Assembly (NCBI GenBank): GCA_030141605.1
Contig: JAQGDQ010000531.1
Coordinates: 62,001-126,000 of the forward strand
From: Tubiluchus corallicola
Taxonomy: Eukaryota; Animalia; Priapulida
Direction of reading: 5' to 3'
Length of the DNA stretch: 64,000 nucleotides
Position 1 is the stretch's first letter; each line of letters begins with the position of its first letter. The position numbers and the translations under genes are program-made. This document shows, in pieces, positions 27,886-42,200 of this stretch. The notes beneath the pieces were generated by a model, which saw only the letters and a program-made list of their open reading frames with translations, had not been told where the DNA came from and did no database searches.

Positions 27886-29589
27886 TGAACGGTATGCAAC
27901 AACTGCAGTGGATCAGACTGTGAAAATGCCTTTCAGATGACAGCCACCGTTGTTAATGACATTGATAAATAATTAGAATGGTTCATTAAATTACTTCAAT
28001 GCTTTAAATTCATTAGTTAAAGTAACTAAAATTAATTAATTTCATTTAACGATTTATTTATTATTGATTAGTTAATTTTACATATTTCCTTACGTACCAT
28101 ATTGGTTTTGGTGCAAAATACTGTTTTGGTTGGTTGCGGATAATATTAAATTTTTCTCGGGATGCGTATGTAAACATGTTTACGTAAGCAGAAATTTGAC
28201 GTCATCAAATTGGCACATTTCAATCAATATTTTTTTTTCACATCGGTACAACACTACAGAACAAATACATGTACAAAAAGTAAAATAACCAAAATAACGA
28301 AATAATTAACATCAAATCAGAAAAATTTACGTAGGTCGTACATATTGTACTGCAGAACACTGAAGAATGTGAGGGCTTGTAAAAGCTTTCTGAAAATGTG
28401 AAGAAGAGAAAATAGGTTAGTAGTAGTAAGAATGGTTGGGGGGAAAATAGTGCCAAGAATGGAGATCAACGGGGGTATTGCGGTAAAAACTGTATTCTTA
28501 AATGATAAGTACAACGTACAAAGACAAAGATAGACATAAACTCCAATAAATGTTTGTAAATTTGACAGTTGACAAAGACGTTCGCTATGTGCATATATTA
28601 ACAAAATAAGCAAAAAAAACAATTATTATACTATAATAACAGATTTACTAGGGCAGATTCATGCAACTTTAAACACTTTTACTCAAGAAGTGTAGTTCTC
28701 AGCAACAACGCCTTGCAGTAACAGTTTTAACAGCTAGCTAGAACTTTACCTAGTTCATTTTTTTCTTATCAAGATCTTGCTAGTAAATCACCCTACGCGC
28801 AGACGAACACATGCGGGTTTTTGCTTATTCACGTATCTCATGACAGTTATAGCTAAGACTCATTGCTGTGGCACACTTAACCTTTGATCTACAGCAACTG
28901 CGCCTGCGCACAACGAAACTGCGAAAAGGTATATTCATAAAACTAAAAATTTCATCTTTATAAAATTCTGTTGCTATTAGTGGATGGTTCCTCCTTTATT
29001 TTTTACAAAATGTCTGGACTATATATGTTGTGCGCCTTACATAATACAGCTAAATGAAATAAATAACAAAGTCTTAGGAATCTGGATAATTTACCCAAAA
29101 AATACTGTTATGACTAAAGACAGATATTAATTTATCGTAAGACATTAATCAAGGTATGGGTCATTTAACTGGACCTTACACAACATACAAATGCAAAGAA
29201 TGCCAACATTTCAGTGCGTATAATAATTTTTGTGTTAACTCAGCTTTGCTAGGCTAGAAGAACGGCTTAAAAGCCTCAGTCTGAAAACACGTAACCATGA
29301 AAACCGAATACAAAGAACTAAGAGCTATTTCGCTTCATTTTTATTGTTGTTTTTACAAGAACCCATTTCACAAAATGTATTTGACAAAAATATATTTAAT
29401 TATAACAGACGCTTTTATCATTTCTAGGAAACCGAAAAACTCGTTCAACTGATTTATTCAACTGTTTTTTTTCTTTTCTCTTAATCCAATTAAACGTTCT
29501 CGTCTTATGGCAGTAATTAGCAATGTTTTTTGATGACTCACAAAATCGAAATAAACTAACGCTAGTCTCCATCAGCAATTAACGCATCC

Positions 29590-30597
29590 TTATTTAAATG
29601 GCTTCTTTCTTCCTATGAAATATACTCCTGTCTCATTGCACTTTCGCTTTAAACTTTCTGAAGTTGGTTCTCTATTAACAAAAATGGGTTCGAATGCAGC
29701 TAAGAACTTTTCCACCACGAGTAATGATATTCTAATTGGGTGAAGCTTAAACGATCCCAACACACAGTTGCCTTGTTCTGGATCTTTGTACCATCTTTCA
29801 TGCCAGATTATTGTGCCATTGTCTTTCAATAATGTGTGGGCGTTGTGAAGAAACAATAGAGCATCCTGTACATGTTCTATTACATTGATACTAATGAGCG
29901 TATCGAATGTACCAGGTTTAGAGAACGTTTCTGCTGGAGAAGAGACAATTGTTGTTGGGTAATTGAGAATTTTACCATTTTTGTATGTACATGTTTTTAC
30001 GTGTTTCATGTACAAATCAGCCATTGGTTCAACAAGTGTGACGTGACTCACATTTACTTGTTGATTGTCTTTTAAGATATAAAAACTTTGAGTAAATGGA
30101 CCGGCGCCAATTTCCACTAAGTTACCCACGTCTTTTAGTAGCCGTTTGTAACCATGGAAACCTTCTACATGTTCATTTGCACGGTCACCTTGAGGCCTTT
30201 TAATAGTCCATCTACTTAGCTCCTTCTCCTGGGCAGCTTTCCATAAGAACATTGGCACTTGGACTATACCCGTTTGTGGATTCATAAAACAACTCGCCGA
30301 CAAAGAAGTTTTGGGCATGTGTTTGTCATACGTTAAAGATTGCCTTAAATTAGGGCACTCGTTCAGCCTGTTGTTATTAATCAGAAGCTTTTCACAACAT
30401 TGTTCTCCACTGTATCCAGGATGGCAAAAACAATAGTTAAAATACCAACTTCCATGAGGATGACAGGCACATCTGCTGCCAATAAACGATTTTGCGCTAT
30501 TTTGCCGTTGATTTTTCAAAATCATACAGAAAACTGTTAGTAACAACAACGTGGCAGGTAACTTCAATTTTGCCGTGTTCCTCAAAAAAGAATACAT
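29590..30597 (-). CDS. Type II membrane protein with EGF-like domain and class I SAM-dependent methyltransferase domain, single coding exon, about 335 aa
   Basis: First ATG at 30597 (MYSFLRN); hydrophobic anchor LPATLLLLTVFCMIL; EGF-like CACHPHG...CFCHPGYSGEQC; motif I LVEIGAGP, acidic LVEP, FDTLISINVIEHV, LLKDNGTII. Confidence 0.8.
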   Translation of the reverse strand: MYSFLRNTAKLKLPATLLLLTVFCMILKNQRQNSAKSFIGSRCACHPHGSWYFNYCFCHPGYSGEQCCEKLLINNNRLNECPNLRQSLTYDKHMPKTSLSASCFMNPQTGIVQVPMFLWKAAQEKELSRWTIKRPQGDRANEHVEGFHGYKRLLKDVGNLVEIGAGPFTQSFYILKDNQQVNVSHVTLVEPMADLYMKHVKTCTYKNGKILNYPTTIVSSPAETFSKPGTFDTLISINVIEHVQDALLFLHNAHTLLKDNGTIIWHERWYKDPEQGNCVLGSFKLHPIRISLLVVEKFLAAFEPIFVNREPTSESLKRKCNETGVYFIGRKKPFK

Positions 30598-32428
30598 AGC
30601 TTCGTTAAAAATGAACAACTTTGAAGATAAATGACCTGAGCTTTTTTATCACAGAAATTTTAGTTTCATTAACACCCACGGATTTATACAGATCAAATAA
30701 GTAAGAAAACATCCATTTATATTTTTGTTTGTAAAAAGTTCCCCAAGATCCGTGCAAAATTCCTATGCGTATGCTATGTGCTTGAGCAGGCTTGCAGAAT
30801 TTATTTTTTAATCCATGTCCCCACCAGCGACAAGGGACGAAAGTGCAACCCCAACTCCTACAACAGAGTGTTTTGTGATAAAAAGTATGCAGTAAAAACT
30901 CTTTTTTTCAGTTGAACATTCACTGGTAAGTTTAAATATTCGCAAAACTTCCATTTTCCAGTTCGATTTTCGCATTTTGCTTAAATCTAGTAAAACAGTT
31001 CCATAATTTAAACCTTTTTGGAGTCTAGGAAATGCCTCTGATTTTGTTCATACGCTAATAACGGTCATGTAGACGAAAATTGTGCGGTAAAGAAAAATGA
31101 ATCGCAAGTTTTATCGTCTGAGATTGAGACATATAAGTGACACTAGAGCTGTTCTAGAGGCTTCATTAGAATAACATATAAATCTACTGACAAAACCTCC
31201 ACATTTTGTAAAACACCCGGTAGGAATTTCTATGCAGTGTTGCAACGTTTATACCCTGGATTCAACCACTTCGTATAGTTTTCACCTGGGGGATACCAGG
31301 GATAGTAAAAGTTTTTCACAGATTGTTTCGACTTTCTCATTTAGCTAAGGTCTTCAGTCAATGCGCTATTAGTGATGTTATTGTCAGTAAAAATATGAAA
31401 GTGAATACAGGGAGATGTTACCATAAGAGAAATTTCGCTGCGAAGTAAAATTGCTCCAAAATCTTGTCTCGTTATCAGAACAACGTGAATTGTAGTCCTT
31501 CTTTGTTCATACTGATTAACATAATAATTTGGGAGAGAATTAATCCTGTAAAAAGTTCATTATAAAATAGTATAACAGCATAAATATGAAAAAAAACTAG
31601 CAAAAAAGTTTAAACTTCATTGCCAAACTATCTATTACTACCAAAATGACTTGACGTTTTTTTTTCAATGCATCTTTAGAGAACTCAATCTGGCTTCTCT
31701 AGTTAAGAAAAAATTACACGATAGCCAAATGTGACCAGCACGAAGAGGATAGAAACGCTGAACGTTGGCGTGTAGACACACACATTTTAAAAAAAGACTT
31801 AAAGAAGCCTACTTTGCTGTTCGAATTTTCAACTTAAATATACACCTACTATAGGAAATGGTAATATATCAACGCAGATCTAAAACGCTGGCTATTTGAA
31901 AACTGATCAACACACAACATTTTTCAGTGTTTTCACTGAGAAAGAACTGTCTTTCAAGAAGCAATCTGTGAGTCGACGTTTTCCAAATATTCACTCTGCC
32001 ACAGCTCATTAAAGCAGAAGAAATAGAGAAATATTCTTCTTTCGCAGAAATAGCCTGACGCGATTTAGCAAAGGATAAGAAGCACAACTTCTCAGAAATA
32101 TCTTTCTGAAAAACTGTCAGCAAAACCTCGTATACCTGTTAAGTTTTTTTTCAAATGCGCAGTATTTTATAAAGTAAGTTTGTCGGGAGATTTTATACGT
32201 TACGACTGCTAGTTGATCAACATGAATACGAGTGTGTGACGCATGTGGAAAAATTTGAGTAGTACTTGAAAATGTACTATTGTTGTTGAATCTGTCAATA
32301 AGTATAGAACGTGTCACGTAAACGTAATGCCAGATTTAACTGACATGAACTAATAAATACTAGACACATTTGCAAGTTCAACGCTTTACATTCGATGAAT
32401 AACAATTTGTGTGTTGCAAAACTCAAGC

Positions 32429-35400
32429 ATGAGATATTTTTCTAAATCAATACGGATCAAATTCGTGTGTGTTTCAATAACATTAACGTTGGCTCTCGTT
32501 TTTTACTTATATATCTACACACATCCGTTAAACGAAGGTAAGATAAAGCAAGATGATGAGCGATCTATCAATTAATTTAGTTGATCATTAAACCCAAAAG
32601 AATGGTCAATATTCAAGAATTACTAAAACTAAAGTTGGATTTTAACGTTAATCATACAAAACGAATAAATTTTACAGTATAAATTTCCAAGAGGCTTACC
32701 AACGGTCAACAGCAGATTATTAATTTAATTCTTTTTTTTAATATTTGAATTTTGGTCGATTTATACTAAACATTGTAGTGTGTAAACAGGTAGTACTTTT
32801 TATCCTTCTGACAATGTATAAGAAACGTTGAATGCCCTTTATAACCCATAATAAGTTGAAAAATTACAGGCGGAATGTTTAAACAATACAATATCAGTGC
32901 GAAAGAAGAACATTAAAAGAAAAGTTAATAGTTGAACATAATTGACCTGAAATATGATAAAAGTTAGAGAAAGAGTAAAAAACGACTGCATAGGAAGAAA
33001 AATTGGAACACTATGCAATTGGTATTGATGAATACGTGAATTGATTGAGCTGCTAACCTGAGAGTGGCATTTACAGAATTTGCAATAAAGGGTATTCAAC
33101 GTTTTTGTACGTTAAAGGTTGCATGCTCACGAGAGGGCTCTCATATTTTTTACAAACTGGTTGAATAGCTGAAACTTCGTTGAACTGTTGAACGGTAATT
33201 AGTAAGACAAAATACAAAGATCAAAGGTTCAGTAGGTATCATTTTCATAAAGATCTCGTTAAGTATTAAAGATCATTAATTTTGACTAGTGAGCAATTTG
33301 GCGAGTTTGTTTGCCTTTCACAAAATCTTTACAATTTTAGGAAGCTTGTTATGCAGGTCGTTAATTAGTGACGGGTCTGAGACAGGCATTAGCCCTTACT
33401 ACCCAAAAATGTGATGTCGAATTTTTTGTTAACTGCTGTGGGAAACCAACGCAAAGACGTTTTCTTAGAGGTTTTAGAGGCAGAGTGGGCTTTTTAGATT
33501 TTTATGATCGGTAAGCTTAATTTTGCATTACTGGTTACATATAATTACAAAATTGGACGCCCTTTCAGTGTTCTCAAAGCAAGATTTAGATCCTTGTATC
33601 ATTCTAATGGTATGTTTATGTACACGGTTAATAGCAGATGATGGATAAAAGTATTATTTATTTTGATACAAAATATTGGTAAAAGAATCAACGTACCTTC
33701 CCCATTCGGACTTCAAATGCTTGATGCAGAAAAAGAAGAGGAGCAATTAAAAGTCAAATTGAGATTTAAAGTCATAAAGTATAAATGATTGATTAGCTGA
33801 TCAAAGATATTAGAAAAATACAAAAAATAAAGGCATTCTAACAGTTTGTGACGTTTTCCTCGCCACTGTTGATAAAAGATAACAAATAAACAACTAAGCA
33901 ACATTAAAATATTTAAAAGGCTTTGTTAAAGTAATAATATTATTGTTATTATATTATTTATTTCGAACATATTGTTCACATTACAGTTATAAAAAAGTAC
34001 AAAATTATCTAGGAAAAAATAAAAATTTACAATTATAGGATTGGTAGACACTGACAGAAACAATAATACATAAAAAATTAATACTTTAGATTAATTACTA
34101 CTTTAGAATAGTAATTAGATCAAAACAAAGAATAGCAGTACAATACAGATATTACAATTACACATATCCCAAATAACCACATACCTATTACACAATTTTT
34201 ATACATATTACGTTATAACAATGGAAAACACCAATGAAAGGCTAATTAACACAGAGCCAATTTTTAATTTAATTTAAGTTACACTTTTTTAAAAAATCAT
34301 TATTGCATTCAGTAGCATTTTTTATATCTTCTATCACTGGGCAAACGATTTCTTCCTCAGATTACTATCTTTAATTTTTCTCCCTTCATTTTTAGTGAAA
34401 TTAATGCAATAGTTATTATTGTATTTAAAGTTAAACAATTGGTGATAATAACGTAAGATAGATCTTGTTGAAAATTCAGCTTGCCTAGCAAAATTATTAA
34501 CTAATGTATTGTGGCTCTTCGCACAAGATACATAAGATTGCACGAAACGCTTTTCAAACGGTTTATTTGGTCAAGAAAATTTACTGATGTATTTACAAAT
34601 TTTGCAAATGTTATTTTGGCAGCTTCCGTATCCATTGAACAAGCCACATAACACGTTTTAACTAATTAACGAACTATAGTATTTCCACGAGACGTGTGTG
34701 GGTATTAGCCTTACATGTAAAATTAAGAAATTGGTATGGAATTGAATTCTCATGGCACTCATCTACATTCAGTACGCAGAAGGTCTATTATTGCCTTGTC
34801 TCATTCAAAGTCTCATCTCTGGAAAAGATTTAAAATATTTGGCTATCAACACTGATTAGTACAGCAATTAAAATGCCTAGCATGCCACGTAACTTTGTTA
34901 AATAGATTTAATAAGATATATGCTGCAGTTGGAAATGTCGCATTGTGTCCTCACAATATTAGAAAACAGTTGTATTACATGTAAAAGCAAAGTTTAATTC
35001 TGATGCTAATTTACTAAAACTTTAATTTTTATAGTATTTATAAAACAGAAGCAACTTGTAAAACTCTTGATTTTAGTTAATCGATGGACATAAATGGAAA
35101 CATGTTGAACTGCGTTCTTTCGCTCATTGAGCTGTTTGGTTGCACATGATAGCTGTTCAAATTTTTGGTAATTTGTTGCAAGATTTTGATTTTTTTTATA
35201 AACCCATTTAATCAGTTTAATCGTTCAAAAATTGTTTGCAGATTTTACACCTAAGAGAATAGTGAAAGTTTTGTTATCGAAATGCCGGGATTCAAAATAA
35301 ATTAGTTATTGTGTCTCTGCTAGTATAGGCGCTTGAGACTTCCATCATCATTAATGTCGGATTCCTCATCGTAAATATGTTTAGTTTTGAGTTTTGTTGC

Positions 35401-36880
35401 TAAATTTTAATTCTTGCCTAATTAAACGGTTTTGGTAATTATTTGGCCTGGGATTTTTTTTGAAAGCACTGATCGCTATTACTTTTTGCCAAAATTTGTT
35501 TTATTCATTTATTGGTTCTCTTGACATATCTTACTGGTTGTTAACTATTGAATTACTGAAAACATTTTTTTCTTTTAATGTACAAATTTTCCATTTGCTT
35601 GGTGTGAAATAAACAATCTTGAAATCCTGAAAGTCTTGAAAATTTATTTGGTTTTTTGTTTTTTAATTACTATAGCAATTTATTGATACTGCTCCACTAT
35701 GGTTCTTACAAATTCTGTCAACTTAATGTTATCGTTATCATAGTATAATGAGAGATGGGTGGATGCTCGATGACTGAGTTGTCATTCTCCACTTTGTCTC
35801 TCTTAGACCTTGTTATTGTGTACTAACACTTTGTTTTCTCATAACAAAGATATGTGAAATGAACAAATCGATTTAAATTCAAATTAAAATTCAGTTTTAT
35901 TTTATTCACAACTAAATAATTGCAATTCTGTCTAATAAAATAGAAGCTGAACTTAAGTATTAAACGAATTTATTTTGTAAATTTTTCCTTCAGAAAATTT
36001 TGTCTCAGTTTCTCGGCGGACGGTGCTAGTGAAATCGGAAAATTTTAACGGAAGGCGAAAAAAGCTGATAAGAGACACGTGTGAAAAACTCACATTTGAA
36101 AGATTTAACAGTGATATTGCGAATATTATGGATGTAAAACGTTGGCTCGAAGAAACTTATGTAGTGCATAATTACAACTTACTTTACTGTGCTATACCAA
36201 AGGTGGCGAGTACAATGTGGAAAAGCATATTGATGGAGTTAGCATTAAAAAGCAACAAAACTACTGAAACACCTCATGGTTCAAACATCCATGCTGAAAC
36301 GTATTCCTTAATATTTCGCAGAATCTTTAGAGAAAAGAGACGACACGAGGTACTAGAAACTTACAAGAAGTTCCTGTTTGTCAGGGAACCACTGGGAAGA
36401 CTTTTGTCAGCTTACAAAAGTAAAATAGAGGCTGGAAGAACGTTTTTCATCAAACCAATCTACTATTTCTTTCATAAGAATTTTACGAATGTCACCATAT
36501 CCTTGTCAAACTGGACTCCCACTTTCGAGCAATTTCTAATCTACATTGTACAAACTAAATTTTCAGAATTAAATGAACACTGGGCGAGATATGTGGATTT
36601 GTGTAATGTATGTTATATAAAGTATGATTTTATAGGAAAGTTGGAGAGATTTGAGAAAGAAGCAACTAGCTTTTTAAAACCCATTTTAACACCAAAACAT
36701 TTAAACTTTGTTGCCAAAAAAATTCAAAACATCGACCTTTTACTGCATTCAAGTGACGTTTTAGTTAAGTACTACAAAAATATATCTTTGGAACTGGGAC
36801 GTATGATACATCAAAAATATTATTTGGACTTCACCATGTTCAATTATAGTTTTAGGGAGGATTTATTTCGAAAACACTGA
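32429..36880 (+). CDS. Carbohydrate O-sulfotransferase (Sulfotransfer_2, CHST8-14/HNK-1ST-like), join(32429..32537,35994..36880), about 331 aa
   Basis: Exon 1 MRYFSKSIRIKFVCVSITLTLALVFYLYIYTHPLNE has a TM anchor and phase-1 donor G|GTAAG matching acceptor tttccttcag|AA at 35994; 5'-PSB YCAIPKVASTMWK, 3'-PB FLFVREPLGRLLSAY, HW, CNVC..YDFIGKLE, DFTMFNY. Confidence 0.9.
33340..33625 (+). mobile_element. PIF/Harbinger transposase remnant in the sulfotransferase intron
   Basis: IGRPFSVLKARFRSLYHSNG.F.Y at about 33552-33625 resembles the Harbinger motif IERAFGVLKARFRCL..SGG. Confidence 0.45.
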
Positions 36881-39044
36881 TTGTAGTCATATATGGAAAA
36901 GGCTTAATGTAATCACTTCCTGCAGTTTGGGATTGTAACCACAACAAATTTAAGAATGTGTTTAAAAATCATAAAAGTCAAAATCCTGCAAATACACTAA
37001 AAACGTTCATACATGTTTCAACACACTGCTGGTGTCATCAGTGGAATGAAGAACTATAACAACAAAACAACATATATACTAGGCAAAGTTAATTACTGTG
37101 ACTGTGCAGAAACCTGATGATGAATGAAACACGTTGATAAGTATACAGGAATTGGACAGAGGGGTTGGTAGCGTTAGAACAGTGATGATTTGAGTTTTAT
37201 GATTAGGTTTGGTGTGCATACGAGGAAGACTTTCTTTGATAAGCAAGAAAAGTTCAGTAGGTGCGCGGGTTTTCATGCTTAAATAATGTTATTAATGTGA
37301 TCCAAAATTAATGTGTGTTTTTTTAGAGTTATGAATATTAAATGAGAGATGTGCTTTTACGATCAAACGCAGATGTTTTTTACTAATGGTCTCAGTATTG
37401 CAGCTGGGATGCGTATATTTGTAAATAACATTTGATGATAACAACATAGAAACCCTATCTTTGAATTTCAAATGGCACCAGTTTTAAGTGGCTATGATTT
37501 TATTTCAAAATAATATAAAAATCATTTTGAGGATGTAATCACTTGACTAATTTGACAATTTCGTTTTTCAGATCTAAACATTTTCTGCCACAGAAAGAAC
37601 AGAGATAAATAATTATATGGGGTTGTTGGGTGACATTTCGTTTCCTGAAGTTTTCGTTTAAAAAATTTCTAATATCTTTTGCATCAGTGTTGTCTGTTGC
37701 TAGGATTTCTTTCAAAAATAGAACCTCGTTAATTAAAGCACGAGGTATAGCATCACAATATATGCGATATATTATAAGAATGACGAACGAGTGATTGCAT
37801 TAAGTTGGACTTTCATTTTTCTGGGTAAAAAAGAGCAGTTGTCAAAATATAGTTCAGTGTAAATCTGTTTTCTAAAAACTTCAGTGGTCAAACTGCCAAA
37901 ATAATGACTGACATAGAAGTTTCACGAGTTAAAATTGATATTAGGTAATCCAAAAAAGTAAGTTGTGATGTATAGATTTACACATGTATCATATATATGT
38001 ATCAGCTAAAATGTATCGTCTATGTAGTATAAATACGAAAGAGAGTTAAAATTGGAAGTATAGTTGGACATTCAAATCTTTTCCCAATAATACATGAATA
38101 TTTGAACACAGGTACGATAAAGAGGTAAACTGATGCCTTAATCTTCATTCTTGGAATATCCCCTAATATTAAATTTCTACAGACAGACTTTCACGGGGTT
38201 TGCGATTTCGGTGACAATGCAAAAGCCCAGCAGTTCCAAAACATGTGCCAACAGCTCTCCCAAATAGTTACAAAATATTCGTGAGTGTTCAACACTGTTG
38301 CCAAAAGGTCGCTGGCTATTTAAAAAAATATCGCAAATTTGTCTAGTTCCGAACCATTTAACCCGATCATTTTAATTCGTATTAACCAATCAGCCACGAG
38401 AAAAAATTTTAGCTGATATTTCAAGCATACGTCCTAACTTTACAAGTGTGAGCAATGAAGATGAATATTTGGCTTTGGCAGGAGGTAACAATCAAGAAAT
38501 ACTAATAATTGTTTGTCATTTAAGATTTATAATATGAAGAATTTATAAAATTTATATTCATACGATTTGTTAGTTAATTTTCTTATGAATTTTAGAGTGT
38601 TGTATGTGCATGTATAGTTGGGTTTATTGCATAATATCTGGGATTGCTGTTGTTTTTATGTTTCCTAATAAACGGTGTTATGCACCAACCAATGTATTTA
38701 TAACTGTTTTTTGGTATCCTGTATGTAATGATAGTGTGCTCTTCTATATATGTTTTAACCAATAAACTATAAATTATAAATTACAAAATTACTTATTATT
38801 AATTTCCTATTAAAAAAATTACACCGATTTACTTCACAGCAGTAAAATTGTTACGCAATTTAAATCTACGATTAACATTGCAATTTGACACACATTTTAC
38901 ATTGCACAACTTTAAACCAAAAAAGACAACTGAGGTACCTTCAATATTGCTCATTTATTATAGCTCAAACAGGTTTTCCTTGTAAAAACTATAATATCGT
39001 AATTAGTGTTTGATAAATTAACACTCTTTAACCTGAATAGTTCT

Positions 39045-39133
39045 TGTGTGTGTGTGTGTGTGTGCGTTAGTGCATGCGTGTGTGTGCGCGTGTGTGTGAG
39101 ATGAGAGCGAGCGAGTGTGTGTGTGTGTGTGTG
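39045..39133. repeat. Imperfect (TG)n microsatellite
   Basis: Read directly. Confidence 0.9.
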
Positions 39134-40453
39134 TTCCTTTTCAATATTTATTGAGTACATTGTTTTAAGATATAGTTTAAGATTGGGTCTGTGTTTTCCT
39201 TTAAACATTCACTGAATAATCAACATTACAGGAAATTCCATTACAAACGTTACAGCAAAAAAGTATGGCAGAAACAAATGATTAAAACGTTATATATATT
39301 ATATATATATATATAAACGTATAAATATGTATATATGTTTATATGTATGTATAATTATTATATTATATAAAATAATTTATATGCATAAACGCAATTTTGC
39401 GTTCACGCAGCTAGTTTTTCACTGTTACATGCATTTCGGAAAGGGGTCGCACAAGAAACAGGTGCTTTACATCTCAGTTCTGAGGTGTTCGTTGTGACAT
39501 AGTACACATGTTTGACAGCTCATGCGTGAGTACAGCGCTAAATTTGAAATTTGAATTTTTATTTTAAAATTTGCTGGGCTTTTGTATATCACACTGACAC
39601 TGTTGAATGTACACTTTGAAAGCTGTACTTTAGAAGGACTGCTCCTCTTGCTATTACTTTTCAATACTCGACACGACACGGAATTGGACACAACGCAAAT
39701 CATTTACATCAAACATCGAAGTTTAAAACCATATAGATAACACAGCACAAAAACCTGCACATCAATTATACACAAATTATTCCAGCTGAATCCTCATAAT
39801 AATCCGTGAGCATAATGAACGCCAACATAAGACTTTGCAAATTGATTGAATTTCACGAACGCAACTTTCAGAACAACAACATTAAGTTGCCATGACGATA
39901 CAGCTTCCAATGGCAGCAAAAATCTCCCTTCTTACTGAAATGAAAAGCAAGTTTGATTTTGGAAGGTTTTAGTAGATAAAGGCTGTTACTTTAGTGAAAA
40001 TTAATTTTACTAGCAGCATAGTCTGTTTTACCAAATCTAAATATAAAAAATCTACTACATAATTCGTTACTATACTTTAACTTTATTCTGAGGTGGACTG
40101 CACACATTATTGCAATGTCATATTGTGATCTCCCAAGCTGCATCAATCAATTCAATTCAGTTCGCATCAACTTTTATTTCGGCGATAAAATTGCAGTATG
40201 TTACTACACATATACAAGCACACAAAATATTAACTCAACTAATTACATGTCACAACAACAACAACAAATTTTAATATTAAAAGCTACCTACACCAAATAA
40301 GAATGACTTCAACAACTTGAAAATCAAACACTTACAAGAGCAACCTAATTATCTCAATTTATCGTTTCTTTTCAACTAAAAGAGTAGAACTTATTGGTTT
40401 CTTCTAATGGAATCTCCATAATAATATAAATTGAACAGACGTTTAAATATCTA

Positions 40454-40902
40454 TCAGTTCCCTTGCCACCCAACCCATATGTCAGATTTTGATTCGAAAC
40501 GTGCACTTTAGCAAGGCTGCAATTGCTGCAGATTGTTAACCTCAAAAGGACTTTCTCTTTGCCAGTTGCATTTATCCATCTTTACTGGTGGAACAGAATA
40601 CTTCTTATGCAATGTTGTGTTTTTATTGTACCATACTTTACTCATATTTTCTGTCAAAAGCCATCGGTGTACACTTATATAACGTTCACACAGCTCTTCG
40701 TAATTTTGTATGTTTTCACGTTTGACAGATAAACTAACTTTGCCAGTGTAATGGCGCTGATTGTCGCCAAAGAAATTCAGTTTTTGGTTGGTTTTTTCCT
40801 CCCAAGTACTCCGCCACCATCCAAGAGCAAATCCACCATAATTTGTACATAGAAGTTCTTCTCTACTAAGAATTACAAAGTCTTCATCCATGAAAGCGCC
40901 AC
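40454..40902 (-). pseudogene. Orphan second exon of a GT31-like glycosyltransferase paralog with an in-frame stop
   Basis: Acceptor ttttcccccag|GT in the same phase and position as exon 2 of the 46835 gene; MDEDFVILSR..LLC..FGDNQR..LCERYISVH..KVW aligns by eye with MDEFFFLVSR..LLC..LDDNAR..MCSKIIVVH..KIW; about 11 aa shorter after SR; TAA at 40508-40510 followed by more paralog-like codons; no exon 1 found. Confidence 0.7.
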
Positions 40903-41639
40903 CTGGGGGAAAACCAAAGGATGCTTTAGTCGTTTACACCAAGAACACATCACTAGCGACAATTTCAACAACAGTGAGAACAGAAACTGGAAAAACAATG
41001 ATAATGATATGTGAAAGATAATGTTTGTAAACTATTTTACCGTCTTTGTAACAATACTTAATAATTTTTTAAGTGTTTATGTATATTTTCAGCGGAAGTA
41101 TTTCAAACTTTTGCTAAGCATGTATACATTGAACTACCAGTGCAGGTAAATGGTTCCAGTAAAGAGATGCTGTATACATGGCCAGAGTTCAATGCTCTAT
41201 CACGAGGTCTATCAATGCTCTATCAAGAACTATCACGAGGTCTTGTTCAATGACGACGTTTTCCTGATTGTCAACCATTACATTAAAAGCTTGAGTTGAA
41301 ACTTGTGTATTTGCAGGAAAGTCGACAACCCACATTTGCAGGTTAATTAGACTGGTTGAAAAATTGTAGACTGGTCAAATCATATTGTTCAAATCATTGT
41401 TTTAGATCAGCAATCTGTAATTGAGATGAGAGTAGTGCGGCACTGAGAAATTAAGTTTAAAAATACAACTTATAATAATTAACAGTAAATTTCAGAATTG
41501 GAAACTAAATTCTGAAGCACAGCTCGCATCTGTGACAAACTGGTTGAAAAGCTAAAAGGTGCAATTTCATGGTGAAGTGGAATTCCTAGATAATCCAGAT
41601 AAATCGTAGAGTTCTATAAAAACAAAATTACGTATTAAC

Positions 41640-42200
41640 AATTTTGTTCAAAGAAACTACTGTTTGGACGTGGCAGTCTGTGGGACACACTTCAGTCATC
41701 ATCGCATTCATATTCTCAGCAATAATTAGAATTAGTTTGTTGGTATCTTCACTAGGTAACTCAGGCATGCCTTCTATTTAAAGGCAATCCCTGCATATAC
41801 TGTTCCAGTCTGTCAACTGCACTAGTATCATGTTGATCTTGCAGTGTTGATCATACATACCCTGGCATTGATTTTCAACTTCACAACGGGTTTCAATACG
41901 ACACTTCTGATCTTTGTGCTCAGCACTAAAATGCACTTCATACTGTGTGCCAATGAATTCCTGACTGTGTGTTAAGTCCGATATTTGTTTGTCTAAGTTG
42001 TCTAATCTAGCATTTACTAATGTAATTAAATTCCTCAGTGACATGGTTAACTGCTGTAGAGTAGGGGTTTCACTGTCAGCTCTGCCTTTATCACCTGATT
42101 CATCCATTTCAGGAGCCTTCTATAGGGTTTCATAGGTAGCAAGCGTTGCTAATGTGGAGTTTTCTCTGGCATTTTTGCTATCAACAGTGGTTGGCATATT
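41640..42200 (-). mobile_element. Degenerate LINE ORF1-like remnant (coiled coil plus RRM-like start)
   Basis: LDNLDKQISDLTHSQEFIGTQYE followed after frameshifts by EGMPELPSEDTNKLILIIAE and SVSHRLP. Confidence 0.55.

Noticed and set aside
36023-36880. Single-exon sulfotransferase starting at GTG
   Set aside because: It lacks a TM anchor; the acceptor at 35993 and the upstream ATG exon 32429..32537 explain the N-terminus.
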